From an uncultured Eubacteriales bacterium (GTDB lineage Bacteria; Bacillota; Clostridia; Christensenellales; UBA1242), in the NCBI GenBank assembly GCA_949077035.1, contig CARUPR010000002.1:4218-68217 (forward strand): a DNA stretch of 64,000 nt, written 5' to 3'. The notes under the pieces were generated by a model. That model was not told where the DNA came from. It did no database searches and was given only the letters and a program-made list of their open reading frames with translations. Made by a program: the position numbers and the translations under genes. Each line of letters starts with the position of its first letter. The first letter of the stretch is position 1. This document shows, in pieces, positions 52,539 through 62,564 of the stretch.

Positions 52539-54776
52539 TTAATCAAACAATTCTCGTATTTTCTTATCACAGGCAATCAAAAATTCTTTCAATAGAGTAA
52601 ACCTTTGCACTGTATAATTGTTTGAAACCATGCGTTTTAAATTTTTCTGTTCACCAACAATTACCACCATTTTTTTAGCTCTTGTAACCGCTGTGTAAAT
52701 AAGATTTCTTGTCAATATCATGCTTGGCCCAGAAATGGCGGGTATTATTACAATGTCAAATTCAGAGCCCTGACTTTTGTGAATTGTGATTGCATAAGCA
52801 AGCGAAAGCTGACCAATTTCAGTCCTTGGATAAAGACAACGTCTGCCATCTTCAAAGGTGACCACCATTTCTCCAGTTTGAAAGTCGATAAGCTCTACAT
52901 AACCAATATCGCCATTGAAAACGCCTTCGCCTTCTTCTTCAATAAATCCAACCTTCTTTTTCCAGACCAGATTATAATTGTTGGTTGTCTGCATAACTTT
53001 GTCGCCAACTCTAAAAATGGTGTCGCCAACTATCAATTCCATTTTTTGAATGGAAGGGGGATTAATTGCCTCTTGTAAACTTTTGTTTAGGTTGTCAATT
53101 CCACAAATGCCTGCTTTTAAGGGTGCAAGGACTTGAATTTGTTGGGATGAAAGACCGGTAAATTTTGGTAGCCTTCTGACAACCATATCTACAATTGAAT
53201 TTTTCATAGCACCAATGTCAATTCTTTCTTCAAAAAAGAAATCCTTAGAAGAATTGTCTATATAGGGCATCTTGCCAGAATTGATAAGGTGGGCATTGGT
53301 TATAATCAGACTGTCATCACTTTGTCGGAATATTTTTGTAAGCATTGAAACTTTGATAATTCCACTTTTTATAATGTCATCAAGAACATTTCCAGCACCT
53401 ACACTTGGCAACTGGTCTTTATCACCAACTAAAATTAGTTTGCAATCACGAGGAAGTGCTTTGCAAAGATGATTCATGACTGCAACATCCACCATAGAAA
53501 CCTCATCCACTATTACCGCATTGACTTTGAAGGTGTTGTTTTCATTATAAACAAAACGACTGATGGCATTTATGTCACCCGAAGCCACCTCAAGAGCTCT
53601 GTGGATTGTTTTTCCTTCCTCACCAGTGCTGTCAGAAAGTCTTTTAGAAGCTCTGCCAGTTGGTGCAAGCAAAAGATATTTTTGGTCATTTTGTTTTAAT
53701 ATTTCAATGATACATTTTATTATGGTGGTCTTTCCAGTTCCCGGTCCACCGGTAATAACCGATACACCATTGTTGATAGAATTGATTATTGCCGTCTTTT
53801 GTTCTTCATGAAAAACAATGTTAAATTTTTCTTCAAAGTGCTTTATATCGTCATCAATGTTTTTTGTTTGGGTGAGAATAGAACTATTTAATAATGCAAG
53901 TTTTTGTGCAATAGCATTTTCATAGAAATAATACTTAGATGGCGCAACAATTTCTTGCCCATTATGCCCCATAATCATAATTGACTTATCAAGGGTAAGA
54001 TTTGAAAGTGCTTCATCAAATAGCTGAGTATTTTCTTCATTGTCAAGCTCTAAAAGTTGGGCGGCTTGAGAAAGCAACATATTTTTTGGCAGGTATGTAT
54101 TGCCAGTTTTTTCAACAGAAGAATTTAAAGTGTGAATAATTCCTGCCCGAACTCTATATTCGCTGTTTTGGGCTATTCCAATTGATTTTGCAATTTTGTC
54201 AGCAGTTGAAAATCCAATTCCAGAAATATCTTCAACAAGTCGATAGGGATTATTTTTGACAATGTCTATGGTTTTGCTTCCATAAATTTCATAGATTTTA
54301 AGCGACATATTTGTTGTTATGTTATACTTTTGAAGAAACATAACAGCATTTTGCATTTTCTTAAGTTCTTTAAATTTTTCACCAATTTCCATTGCCTTTT
54401 TCATAGAAATGTTTTTCACTTCAGAAAGGGAGGCGGGAGAAAACTCGATTATATCAAATGTCTGCTCTTTAAAATGCTTGACAATATTTTTAGCTGTTGC
54501 CGGTCCAACACCTTTGATAAGACCTGAAGAAAGATATCTTTCAATTCCGGCAAGAGAGGTGGGAAGGACAACTTCATAAGAGGTGAAGGCAAATTGATAA
54601 CCATATTTAGAGTTGTTTACATATTCGCCTTCAAGCGAAAGATTCTCGCCCACGTTTGCATTGACAAGTTTACCCACGCAAGGCACTGACGTGGATTTAA
54701 AATCAAGTATAAAAACAGTATAACCATTTTGGTCATTTCTAAAAATAATTTCTTCTATAGGTCCTTCAATATGCAT
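52539..54776 (-). CDS. recD2: RecD2-type SF1 ATP-dependent DNA helicase
   Basis: VITGGPGTGKTT is the Walker A motif. VIVDEVSMVD, LVGDKDQLPSVGAGNV and the C-terminal AITIHKSQGSEF are present. N-terminal HhH-like segments are also visible. Confidence 0.9.
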   Translation of the reverse strand: MHIEGPIEEIIFRNDQNGYTVFILDFKSTSVPCVGKLVNANVGENLSLEGEYVNNSKYGYQFAFTSYEVVLPTSLAGIERYLSSGLIKGVGPATAKNIVKHFKEQTFDIIEFSPASLSEVKNISMKKAMEIGEKFKELKKMQNAVMFLQKYNITTNMSLKIYEIYGSKTIDIVKNNPYRLVEDISGIGFSTADKIAKSIGIAQNSEYRVRAGIIHTLNSSVEKTGNTYLPKNMLLSQAAQLLELDNEENTQLFDEALSNLTLDKSIMIMGHNGQEIVAPSKYYFYENAIAQKLALLNSSILTQTKNIDDDIKHFEEKFNIVFHEEQKTAIINSINNGVSVITGGPGTGKTTIIKCIIEILKQNDQKYLLLAPTGRASKRLSDSTGEEGKTIHRALEVASGDINAISRFVYNENNTFKVNAVIVDEVSMVDVAVMNHLCKALPRDCKLILVGDKDQLPSVGAGNVLDDIIKSGIIKVSMLTKIFRQSDDSLIITNAHLINSGKMPYIDNSSKDFFFEERIDIGAMKNSIVDMVVRRLPKFTGLSSQQIQVLAPLKAGICGIDNLNKSLQEAINPPSIQKMELIVGDTIFRVGDKVMQTTNNYNLVWKKKVGFIEEEGEGVFNGDIGYVELIDFQTGEMVVTFEDGRRCLYPRTEIGQLSLAYAITIHKSQGSEFDIVIIPAISGPSMILTRNLIYTAVTRAKKMVVIVGEQKNLKRMVSNNYTVQRFTLLKEFLIACDKKIRELFD

Positions 54777-54962
54777 GATTATATTTTAATATCAAATAGC
54801 CTTAAAAATCAACTAAAAAACACTTGCAATTCAAAAAATTTTTTTATATACTATATTAGAAACCAAAAGAAAAACTGGTGGACAAAACAAATTGATTTGG
54901 TCTGATAAATTTTAAAAGCTTTGTCAAACTTAAATTGAAAAATAAAAGAACAAGAGAGAACT

Positions 54963-55346
54963 ATGAAAAGAGCGAGTAATTTAATTGAAATTGAATCTTT
55001 ACTTGAAAATTTAATGAAAAAAAATTGTAAAAGTGGTATTTTAAGAATGAAAATACTATTCTTTAGTCGTCTTTATGAAAATTTATCTATAAGTATGATA
55101 ATTGAAAAGTTGGGTATACAAAAGACTAATTTTGCACTTATGAGCTCTATGCTTGAGAAAGAGGGCTGCTTGATTATAAAAAAATCAAATTTAGATAGAA
55201 GATGTAGGGTGATTGAACTTACCGAAAAAGGTAATCAAGAACTTGATAATTATCTAAAAGAAATCGACAAAAATATAGGTGCAACTTCACCAGAGCTTGA
55301 TTATGCAATAGAAATTTTGGGCAAATATTTAAATAAGATAATATAA
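54963..55346 (+). CDS. MarR-family transcriptional regulator
   Basis: A 127-aa wHTH protein: LSISMIIEKLGIQKTNFALMSSMLEKEGCLIIKKSNLDRRCRVIELTEKG. Confidence 0.65.
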   Translation: MKRASNLIEIESLLENLMKKNCKSGILRMKILFFSRLYENLSISMIIEKLGIQKTNFALMSSMLEKEGCLIIKKSNLDRRCRVIELTEKGNQELDNYLKEIDKNIGATSPELDYAIEILGKYLNKII

Positions 55347-55382
55347 TATTATTATAAGTTTTATTACATACTTGCAGAAACT

Positions 55383-55463
55383 ATTATTTAAAAAATAATG
55401 ATAAACCAATCAACAAAGAATCAACGAAAAAAGAAAATTATTTAAAAAATAATGATAAACCAA
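55383..55463 (+). repeat. Perfect 27-bp direct repeat (two copies, 54-bp period) upstream of cysS
   Basis: attatttaaaaaataatgataaaccaa occurs at 55383-55409 and 55437-55463. Confidence 0.9.
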
Positions 55464-55585
55464 AAAACGATAAAAATGAAAATTATCAATAAATAATCAA
55501 AAAATCATTAAAAAATTCAAAAAAATCATTAAAATTAAGCAAATTTATCGTTTTTAATAAAAATTATGCCTAAAAAGAGGGAATT

Positions 55586-56983
55586 ATGATAAAATTTTAT
55601 AATACATTGACAAGACGAAAGGAAGAGTTTCAGCCTATTGAAAAAAACAAAGTTAAAATGTATGCCTGTGGAATTACTGTTTCAGGGAATGCTCATATCG
55701 GTCATCTTTATCAAGCTATGATATACGATATCATAAGGAAGGTTTTAATTAGAGAGGGCTATGAGGTATTATATGCCAGAAATTATACCGATATTGATGA
55801 TAAAATCATTGCAAAAGCAAATGAATTAGGGGTAAATTCTGATGATTATGCCAAAGAAATGATTGAAAAAATCAATGAAGAAATGAAATATTTTCAGGTT
55901 GATGAGCCAAATATTTGGTTGAAAGCGACAGAAAATATCGAAAATATCATCAATTTTATCGATAAACTTGTAAAAAAAGGCTTTGCTTATCCAACTAAAA
56001 AGGGAGATGTATATTTTGCAGTTGAAAATTTTCATCGCTATGGTGCACTTTCAAACAGAAATTTGGAAGATGCAAAAAATGGTTATAGGATAGATAATGA
56101 TGAAGAAAAATTAAATCCTCTCGATTTTGCGCTCTGGAAGAGTGCAAAAGAGGGTGAGCCTTTCTGGATTTCGCCTTGGGGAAAGGGCAGACCTGGTTGG
56201 CATATTGAATGTTCAACTATGAATATGCAGGCTTTTGGAGAACAAATTGATATCCATGGTGGTGGCAGAGATTTAATATTCCCTCATCATGAAAATGAAA
56301 TTGCTCAGACTGAAGCTTTGACAGGAAAACAATTTTCAAAATATTGGATTCATAATGGTCTTATTAAGGTTGAAGGTCAAAAAATGAGCAAGAGTTTGGG
56401 AAACACCATAACTTTAGAGCAGTTAAAGAAAAACTATCATCCAGAGGTTGTAAAGTTTGCACTATTGCAAAATAGTTATCGCAGTGACATAAATATCACC
56501 GAGGCAAATTTCAAGCAAGCTGAAAAACATATTGGAGGTTTTTATCAAGTTTTATCTGAAATTGAAGAAAAATTTGATTTAAAACAGGAAAAAAAGGAAG
56601 AAAAATATCAAAAAGATGTAATTGAAGCTATGCAAGATGATTTCAACACACCAAAAGCACTTTCTTATTTGTTTGAAATTTTCAAAAAAATGCAAAAGAA
56701 AATTGATGAAAATGATGCAAGTGTGGTAGAAGATTATTGGGGTGTGAAAGAGGCATATAAAGATTTAGGTTTGTTTATGGGCAATTCTAAAGAAGTGCTT
56801 GAGTTTATAAAAAACAAAAATCAAGAGGAAATATCTGACGAAATTAAAATGCTTGCTGAAAATAGATGGCAGGCAAAAAAGGATAGAAACTTTGCTTTGG
56901 CTGACAGCTTAAGAGAAAAGTTGCTTGAAAAAGGTTTTGTAATCAAAGACAGCAAAGATGGCTATGAAATTCAAAAGATATAA
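55586..56983 (+). CDS. cysS: Cysteinyl-tRNA synthetase
   Basis: Contains CGITVSGNAHIGHL (HIGH), WHIECS and KMSKSLGN (KMSKS). Confidence 0.97.
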   Translation: MIKFYNTLTRRKEEFQPIEKNKVKMYACGITVSGNAHIGHLYQAMIYDIIRKVLIREGYEVLYARNYTDIDDKIIAKANELGVNSDDYAKEMIEKINEEMKYFQVDEPNIWLKATENIENIINFIDKLVKKGFAYPTKKGDVYFAVENFHRYGALSNRNLEDAKNGYRIDNDEEKLNPLDFALWKSAKEGEPFWISPWGKGRPGWHIECSTMNMQAFGEQIDIHGGGRDLIFPHHENEIAQTEALTGKQFSKYWIHNGLIKVEGQKMSKSLGNTITLEQLKKNYHPEVVKFALLQNSYRSDINITEANFKQAEKHIGGFYQVLSEIEEKFDLKQEKKEEKYQKDVIEAMQDDFNTPKALSYLFEIFKKMQKKIDENDASVVEDYWGVKEAYKDLGLFMGNSKEVLEFIKNKNQEEISDEIKMLAENRWQAKKDRNFALADSLREKLLEKGFVIKDSKDGYEIQKI

Positions 56984-57130
56984 CAAAAAAACAAAATATA
57001 TAATAAAGTAAATAAAAAGATAAATTAAAAATTATTTTAAAAGGTGCAACTTATTGCACTTTTTTTAATAAGAGATATTGACTATAATAAAAAAATGATG
57101 TATAATATATTGTATATAGCGGAGGAAATT

Positions 57131-58909
57131 ATGAAATTGATAGCTAAAATTAATAATGCGATTGAATCTCAAGATGTTGAATTTTTGAAAAAACTTGTTG
57201 CTAAAAAGAAAATAGATTTGAATATGCCAATAAATGAAGATGAAGACACTCTTCCTATTTGGGCAATCCAAAATAATATTTGGGAGTTAATAAAGCCAGT
57301 TTTGCTTGATGACAAATTGGATATTAATAAAACAAATGCTGATAATGTCAATGCAATTTATGCTATGGTTGTCAATGCTATTGAAAGCAAACTTCCTATT
57401 GAAGAAAAGCAAAGATATTCAAACCTTATTCAAAATATCCTTTATAGAAAAAATATCAATGTAAACAATGTTGTTGATGGTAGTTTGAATGACGAATATC
57501 TTACAAGGACTCCTTGGCAATTTGTTTATGATGCAAGAAAAACAAAATCTGAAGAAGAAAATGCTATCATTGAAGAGTTGGTTCAAGCATTTGCCAAGAA
57601 AGAAAATTTGGTTGATGAATTTGGCGTGAATGAGCTTATGTATGCCTGCCAAATAGGGGATGAAGACTTAGTAGATAAAATTTTAAAATATGGCTATTAT
57701 GACATTAATGCCCAAGACGAAGATGGCGAAACAGCACTTCATCATGCAATTATGGGCGGCAATGAAAACATTGTAAACAAACTTTTAAGAATAAACGGAA
57801 TTGATTTAACTATCAAAAACAAACTTGGCCAAGATGCCTTCTTAGAAGCTTTGGCTTGTTGCGAAAATGAAGAAGATGAAGCACATTATAATATCGCAAA
57901 AAGAATTTCAAAAACAAAAGATTTCAATTTGAATATTCAAGATTTAAGTGGTCAGTCAGCTTTCATCTATGCTTATAAATTAGAAGACTTATCTATTTTC
58001 AATGACTTGATTTCAAGAAAGGGTATAAATTTTGATGTTTTAAATAAAGACTTGGAAAAATTGCTTTCAAGTATTATTGAAGCAGGTGATGTTCAATCTT
58101 TTGATAAAGTGGTAAGCTTAGAAGGTGTTGATAAAGACATCGTTGAAATTACAGTCAGAAAGGGACTTGTAAAACTTGTTGCAAAAGAAGATATGAAAAC
58201 TTTTGACCATATCATGGCAAATAAAGATTTAAATTTAAACATCGAAAATGTTAATGAAGATAATTATATTCTTGATGCAATGCTCGGCAAAAACAGCCAT
58301 GCTGTTGACAAAATTTTAGAAAGAAAAGAGTTTGAAGTAAACAGTCCAATCGCTTATGGTTATATGGATAGTATGCTTTTTGTTCAAGATTTAGAAAACA
58401 TTCATAAATTGATTAGACATAAATCTTTTGCTCCTAATATCTTAGATGAAAATGGTGCAAATGTTTTCGGTCATTTATTTAGCGAAGATAACATTGAAAA
58501 ATTTGAGCCAGATGCTTTGGGTTCTGTATTCTCTTTTGTAATGGATGAATGCAACATCAATAATATTGAAGAACTTCTCAATCATGTTGATAATAATGGT
58601 AATGATACATTGATGAATGCAATTGTAAATCATATTGAAGCAAGCAGCTTGGAAGTATTCTTTGCAAATATCAAAAAACATTTTGGTTATGTTGAAATTG
58701 ATGTTACAAAGAAAAACAATGAAGGCAAAACTTTGGTAGATTTAATTAAAGAAGTTTCTTCTCATAAAGAAGAAGTTGAAAAGAACAGACTTGTAAAAAT
58801 CTTCAAGGATTATAAAAATGCCAATGTTGTAAAAAATGCAAAGACTAATGAGGCAGAAGTTACCATTGAGTTAGAGCCTATTTATGACGAAAAAGACATT
58901 GAAGAATAA
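57131..58909 (+). CDS. Ankyrin-repeat protein (592 aa) without a signal peptide
   Basis: DEDGETALHHAIMGGNENIVNKLLRINGIDLTIKNKLGQDAF and several more degenerate ANK units. The start is set at ATG 57131 behind GGAGGAA. Confidence 0.75.
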   Translation: MKLIAKINNAIESQDVEFLKKLVAKKKIDLNMPINEDEDTLPIWAIQNNIWELIKPVLLDDKLDINKTNADNVNAIYAMVVNAIESKLPIEEKQRYSNLIQNILYRKNINVNNVVDGSLNDEYLTRTPWQFVYDARKTKSEEENAIIEELVQAFAKKENLVDEFGVNELMYACQIGDEDLVDKILKYGYYDINAQDEDGETALHHAIMGGNENIVNKLLRINGIDLTIKNKLGQDAFLEALACCENEEDEAHYNIAKRISKTKDFNLNIQDLSGQSAFIYAYKLEDLSIFNDLISRKGINFDVLNKDLEKLLSSIIEAGDVQSFDKVVSLEGVDKDIVEITVRKGLVKLVAKEDMKTFDHIMANKDLNLNIENVNEDNYILDAMLGKNSHAVDKILERKEFEVNSPIAYGYMDSMLFVQDLENIHKLIRHKSFAPNILDENGANVFGHLFSEDNIEKFEPDALGSVFSFVMDECNINNIEELLNHVDNNGNDTLMNAIVNHIEASSLEVFFANIKKHFGYVEIDVTKKNNEGKTLVDLIKEVSSHKEEVEKNRLVKIFKDYKNANVVKNAKTNEAEVTIELEPIYDEKDIEE

Positions 58910-58924
58910 TCGATTAGAAAAATG

Positions 58925-58956
58925 AAAAATGCACTTTAAAATGTGCATTTTTTTTA
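58925..58956 (+). terminator. Intrinsic terminator after the ankyrin gene
   Basis: aaaa ATGCAC tttaaaat GTGCAT tttttttt. Confidence 0.75.
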
Positions 58957-59021
58957 ATTTACATATTGAAATCAGAGTTTTTTTATGATATAATAAAAAG
59001 GAAGAAAAGGAGAAATTTAAA

Positions 59022-60419
59022 ATGGATATAAGTATTAAATTACATACTGTGTTGGATGGCGAAAAAGGTTGTCTAAGCAGTGAAGAAATTAAAGAAAACC
59101 TTAAAAAGATTTATGTTGATATTGTTAAGAAAATGAAAAAAGAGGGTGAATTAAAAAGCTATTCACCAACAGTTTTGACCCATGTCTATACTTTGATTGA
59201 TAATATAGCAAATGCTTATGCAGGAAAAGTTCCAAAGAAATATGATTATGAATTTAATAGAATTTTAGCCGGACTTATGGGCTCAACATGCTATATGCCT
59301 GATAATTTTGAAAAACTTAATGCAAAACCTATTGAAAATATTTTAAAAATTGCAACTCAGGTGGAAGATAGCGGTCACCATTCAACATTTGGACATTCAT
59401 TTCTCACTCTTGAAATTTCAGGATTACCAAAAGCTCTTGCAATGGTTTTAAACAATGAGCATGATTATAATACAAGCGAAAAGTCAGCAAGATATACTGT
59501 TATGAAAGATATCGAGCCAAAGCAGAATGAGCTTTATAATAAATGGATAGACATTTTCCAAAAAGAAATTACAAAAAAATATCCGAATGGATGCAATAAA
59601 TTTTTTGACCCAGATGGCAAAAAAGCAAAAAAACTTGCACAAGAAAATGCAAGATACCTAATTTCTGTGTTTACTCCTACTAATATGGAATATACTGTGA
59701 GTTTTAGACAGCTTAACTATATCTGTCATTGGTTTGAAAAAGAAATTGAAGAGCCAAGCAACAATTTCTATGCCAAACTTGCGCCTTCTATGAAAGAATT
59801 TGTTGAATTTTGCAAGCAGATGAATTTATATTCTGAAAAGCTTGAAGATGGAAAGAATAGAACTCTCGCTCTTTTTGATGAGCCAATTTTGAAGACAAGC
59901 TATTCAAGCACTTATCAAACAATATTAAAGATGAGCTTTGCCGCTCTTGCTCAAAGCCAAAGACACAGAACTCTTGATTTCTCTATTGATAAACTCAGCT
60001 TTGTAAATGACTTTAGCAAAATTAAAGAATTTTATATTCCACCAATTATTGCTGGTAATGAAAAACTTAAGGCTGTATATTTGAAAGATATGGAATCTGT
60101 TGCTGATAGCTTGCCACAAGGGACTTTGCTTGAGGTAAATGCATCAGGAAAATATAAAGACTTTATATTAGAACTTGATGAAAGACTTTGTGCTTGTGCC
60201 CAAAAAGAAATTAGAGATTTGACACTTGCTCAAACTAAAGAATATAGAGATGCACTTTATAAAGAGGCAGAACAACTTGAATCTCCTAAAAAAGAAATTG
60301 CAATCAGCATGGCAGAGCAACTTGATAAGAAAGCTAAGGGTTCAAGATGTATGTCAGGTTATAAATGCAAATCACCATGCGGTTTTCCTGACGGCGTAAC
60401 TCTTGAAAGTGAAATTTAA
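59022..60419 (+). CDS. Divergent, double-length ThyX-like (flavin-dependent thymidylate synthase fold) protein
   Basis: DSGHHSTFGHSFLTLEISG...NTSEKSARYT resembles ThyX SGH-x-S-x-x-EH...S-x-RY but lacks the RHR. ARYLISVFTPTNMEYTVSFRQLNY and CAQKEIRD resemble the downstream ThyX helices. An RHR occurs later (LAQSQRHRTLDFSI). The C-terminus has a Cys cluster, CMSGYKCKSPC. Confidence 0.4.
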   Translation: MDISIKLHTVLDGEKGCLSSEEIKENLKKIYVDIVKKMKKEGELKSYSPTVLTHVYTLIDNIANAYAGKVPKKYDYEFNRILAGLMGSTCYMPDNFEKLNAKPIENILKIATQVEDSGHHSTFGHSFLTLEISGLPKALAMVLNNEHDYNTSEKSARYTVMKDIEPKQNELYNKWIDIFQKEITKKYPNGCNKFFDPDGKKAKKLAQENARYLISVFTPTNMEYTVSFRQLNYICHWFEKEIEEPSNNFYAKLAPSMKEFVEFCKQMNLYSEKLEDGKNRTLALFDEPILKTSYSSTYQTILKMSFAALAQSQRHRTLDFSIDKLSFVNDFSKIKEFYIPPIIAGNEKLKAVYLKDMESVADSLPQGTLLEVNASGKYKDFILELDERLCACAQKEIRDLTLAQTKEYRDALYKEAEQLESPKKEIAISMAEQLDKKAKGSRCMSGYKCKSPCGFPDGVTLESEI

Positions 60420-60503
60420 TTAAGATAGGGGAAGCTTAACAATATTTTAATTAAAGCAAAAACTTGTTGATTTCATTTTGAAACAAGAAAAAATTTAAAA
60501 CAA

Positions 60504-60538
60504 TAAAAAACTCAACATTTTTATGTTGAGTTTTTTTA
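60504..60538. terminator. Bidirectional intrinsic terminator
   Basis: aaaaaa CTCAACAT tttt ATGTTGAG ttttttt. Confidence 0.8.
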
Positions 60539-60576
60539 AGCAAAGAAATAGAAAAGGGGAATAGGCAAACTCATAA

Positions 60577-61107
60577 TCAATTGAGAGAATTTTTCTGTTT
60601 AATATTACTGATTGTTGGCGCTATTATTTGAATATAATCAATAAATTCAATGGAATTTAAATTTCCAAAATACATTGGCGACATTAAACAATCTGCCCAG
60701 CTAAAAATATAGTCGCTGAATATAAAGTTGTTTTTCTTATAAAAAGCAATTCTTCTCATTCTATCATTATTATTTTTTGCATTCTTTTCGGGTATTTCTA
60801 CATCTAAAACAAGAGCTTTAGGTGAAAATTCTTTTTTAAACCAATTTAATACATAAGAGCCATATCCTTTACTTTGATATAATTCATTGACAGCAAAATA
60901 ATTTATGTGAATAAAATTTTTTGTTTCATTAAAGTGTATAAATGCAATCAAATTTTTGTTATCATATAAAGCATACATCTGAAATCCATTATATAAATCT
61001 GAAAAAAGTTTGAAAAAGTCTGTTCTTTCTTCTTCTGGGAAACTGTTTTCATAAAGTTTTTTTACATCTAAAGCATTATTTAAATTATCAATCTTTTTAA
61101 AAAGCAT
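60577..61107 (-). CDS. GNAT-family N-acetyltransferase
   Basis: HINYFAVNELYQSKGYGSYVLNWF matches the acetyl-CoA motif A. The start is set at ATG 61107 behind GGAG. Confidence 0.7.
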   Translation of the reverse strand: MLFKKIDNLNNALDVKKLYENSFPEEERTDFFKLFSDLYNGFQMYALYDNKNLIAFIHFNETKNFIHINYFAVNELYQSKGYGSYVLNWFKKEFSPKALVLDVEIPEKNAKNNNDRMRRIAFYKKNNFIFSDYIFSWADCLMSPMYFGNLNSIEFIDYIQIIAPTISNIKQKNSLN

Positions 61108-61265
61108 AAACTTAACCACTCCATAATTATTATAACATTTATTTATGAATTTGTATCTATTTATTAAAAAAATTATTTCAAGAGTATAGTTTTTATTAAA
61201 TTGATTGAATTATAATTTTTATAAATTAATTTATAATTGAATTGGATTTAAATGTTATAGCATCA

Positions 61266-61354
61266 CATAGAAAAAGAAAGCATTCATTTCATTGCTGTCT
61301 TTATTGCGTTTCTAAAGAAAGCAGTCACTTTGTTTATGTCTAAATTGTGTTTAT
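61266..61354 (-). repeat. Second copy of the bipartite intergenic element seen at 2163-2257
   Basis: The reverse strand reads ttataaacacaatttagacataaacaaaGTGACTGCTTTCTTTAGAAACGCAAtaaag...atgaatgctttctttttctatg. The 41-bp internal period and the position directly after a terminator match the first locus. Confidence 0.75.
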
Positions 61355-61387
61355 AAAAAAGCTAGGATTAAACCTAGCTTTTTTTTT
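61355..61387 (-). terminator. Intrinsic terminator after rplL
   Basis: The reverse strand reads aaaaaaaaa GCTAGG tttaat CCTAGC tttttt. Confidence 0.8.
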
Positions 61388-61413
61388 GCACAATATTCTT
61401 TTTATAATTTGAT

Positions 61414-61785
61414 TTATTTAAGTTTAACAGTTGCACCAGCTTCTTTAAGCTTAGCTTCAAGAGCTTTAGCTTCTTCAGTTGGAACGTTTTCTTTTACAGC
61501 TTTTGGAGCGCTTTCAACCAAAGCTTTAGCTTCGCCAAGTCCAAGACCAGTGATTTCTCTTACAACTTTGATTACTGCAATTTTGTTTGCACCAGCTTCA
61601 ACAAGTTCAACTGTAAATTCAGATTTTTCTTCTGCAGCAGGAGCAGCTCCAGCAGCAGGAGCAGCAACAGCTACAGGAGCAGCTGCGCTAACACCAAAAG
61701 TTTCTTCAAGTTCTTTTACAAGTTCAGAAACTTCAAGAACGCTCATAGATTTAATTTCTTCAACTAATTTTTTAATATCAGCCAT
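61414..61785 (-). CDS. rplL: 50S ribosomal protein L7/L12
   Basis: [37 protein letters not shown]...[12 protein letters not shown]. Confidence 0.97.
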   Translation of the reverse strand: MADIKKLVEEIKSMSVLEVSELVKELEETFGVSAAAPVAVAAPAAGAAPAAEEKSEFTVELVEAGANKIAVIKVVREITGLGLGEAKALVESAPKAVKENVPTEEAKALEAKLKEAGATVKLK

Positions 61786-61875
61786 TTTAAATTCCTCCTC
61801 AAATGTTTTTGGGTATTCCCATTTATATTTTTTTTGGCAATTTGCCTATTTTCTGCCTAATTTAGTAGGGCAGGA

Positions 61876-62391
61876 CTACTTTGTTGCAATAGCGTTTAAT
61901 GCTCTTGCAAGCCCTTCAACAGGGGCAATCGCAACTCTAGCAAGCCCAGTAATAGGAGCATTGAGTGTGCGAAGAAGGGTAGCAATAAGAACTTCTTTGC
62001 TTGGAAGTTTTGCCAGAGCTTCAATTTCCTTGCTTTCAACGAAATTACCATTAAGTAAACCAAATTTTACGGTTAATTTCTTTGTCTTTTCAGCAGTTTC
62101 GCAAGTGATTTTTGGACCACTTACTTCATCTTCATAACTGAAAGCAACCGCACTTGTGCCGTGCAAATATTTTTCGGCACCATTGATTCCAAGTTCGTTG
62201 AGTGCAAGGAGCAATAATTTGTTTTTGTAAACTTTATATTCGCCGCCATTCTTTTTAAATTCACGACGCATATTTCCGTCTTCAGCAACAGTAAGTGCAT
62301 TGTAGTCAACAAAAGTCACAGATTTAGCTCTTGAAAGCTTTTCTTTGATTTCTTCAACTATCAATTTTTTTGCTTCTAAATTAGCACCCAT
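61876..62391 (-). CDS. rplJ: 50S ribosomal protein L10
   Basis: MGANLEAKKLIVEEIKEKLSRAKSVTFVDYNALTV. The start is set at ATG 62391 behind AAAGGAGGA. The longer ORF-track form reads into the leader. Confidence 0.95.
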   Translation of the reverse strand: MGANLEAKKLIVEEIKEKLSRAKSVTFVDYNALTVAEDGNMRREFKKNGGEYKVYKNKLLLLALNELGINGAEKYLHGTSAVAFSYEDEVSGPKITCETAEKTKKLTVKFGLLNGNFVESKEIEALAKLPSKEVLIATLLRTLNAPITGLARVAIAPVEGLARALNAIATK

Positions 62392-62558
62392 GAAATCTTT
62401 TCCTCCTTTATTGAATATTGTGCTTATTAAAACAAAATCTCTATGCCCTCGGAAAAAAGCATAGAGAAAAATTCTATATATACTTCTTTCCTCGGCAAGC
62501 ACATTAAAAAATGTTTATGATTAACGCTTGCTGTCTTTGGATAAGATTTTATTTCAAC
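62392..62558 (-). promoter_or_regulatory. Structured rplJL 5' leader with an internal terminator (attenuator) hairpin
   Basis: The leader is about 165 nt between the promoter and the RBS. The reverse strand reads TCTCTATGC ttttttccgagg GCATAGAGA ttttgtttt (62428-62467). The upstream complementary segment CAGCAAGC...GCTTGCCG and a duplicated CCGAGG could form an alternative structure. Confidence 0.5.
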
Positions 62559-62564
62559 TCTTTT

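Noticed and set aside
55347-55585. Possible T-box riboswitch upstream of cysS
   Set aside because: The region is almost pure A/T with direct repeats. I could not find the conserved T-box sequence (AANNNGGUGGNACCGCG-like) or a specifier/terminator architecture.
61409-62137. A 242-aa Ala/Ser-rich plus-strand ORF
   Set aside because: It is an antisense shadow spanning rplL and rplJ, both of which are unmistakable on the minus strand.
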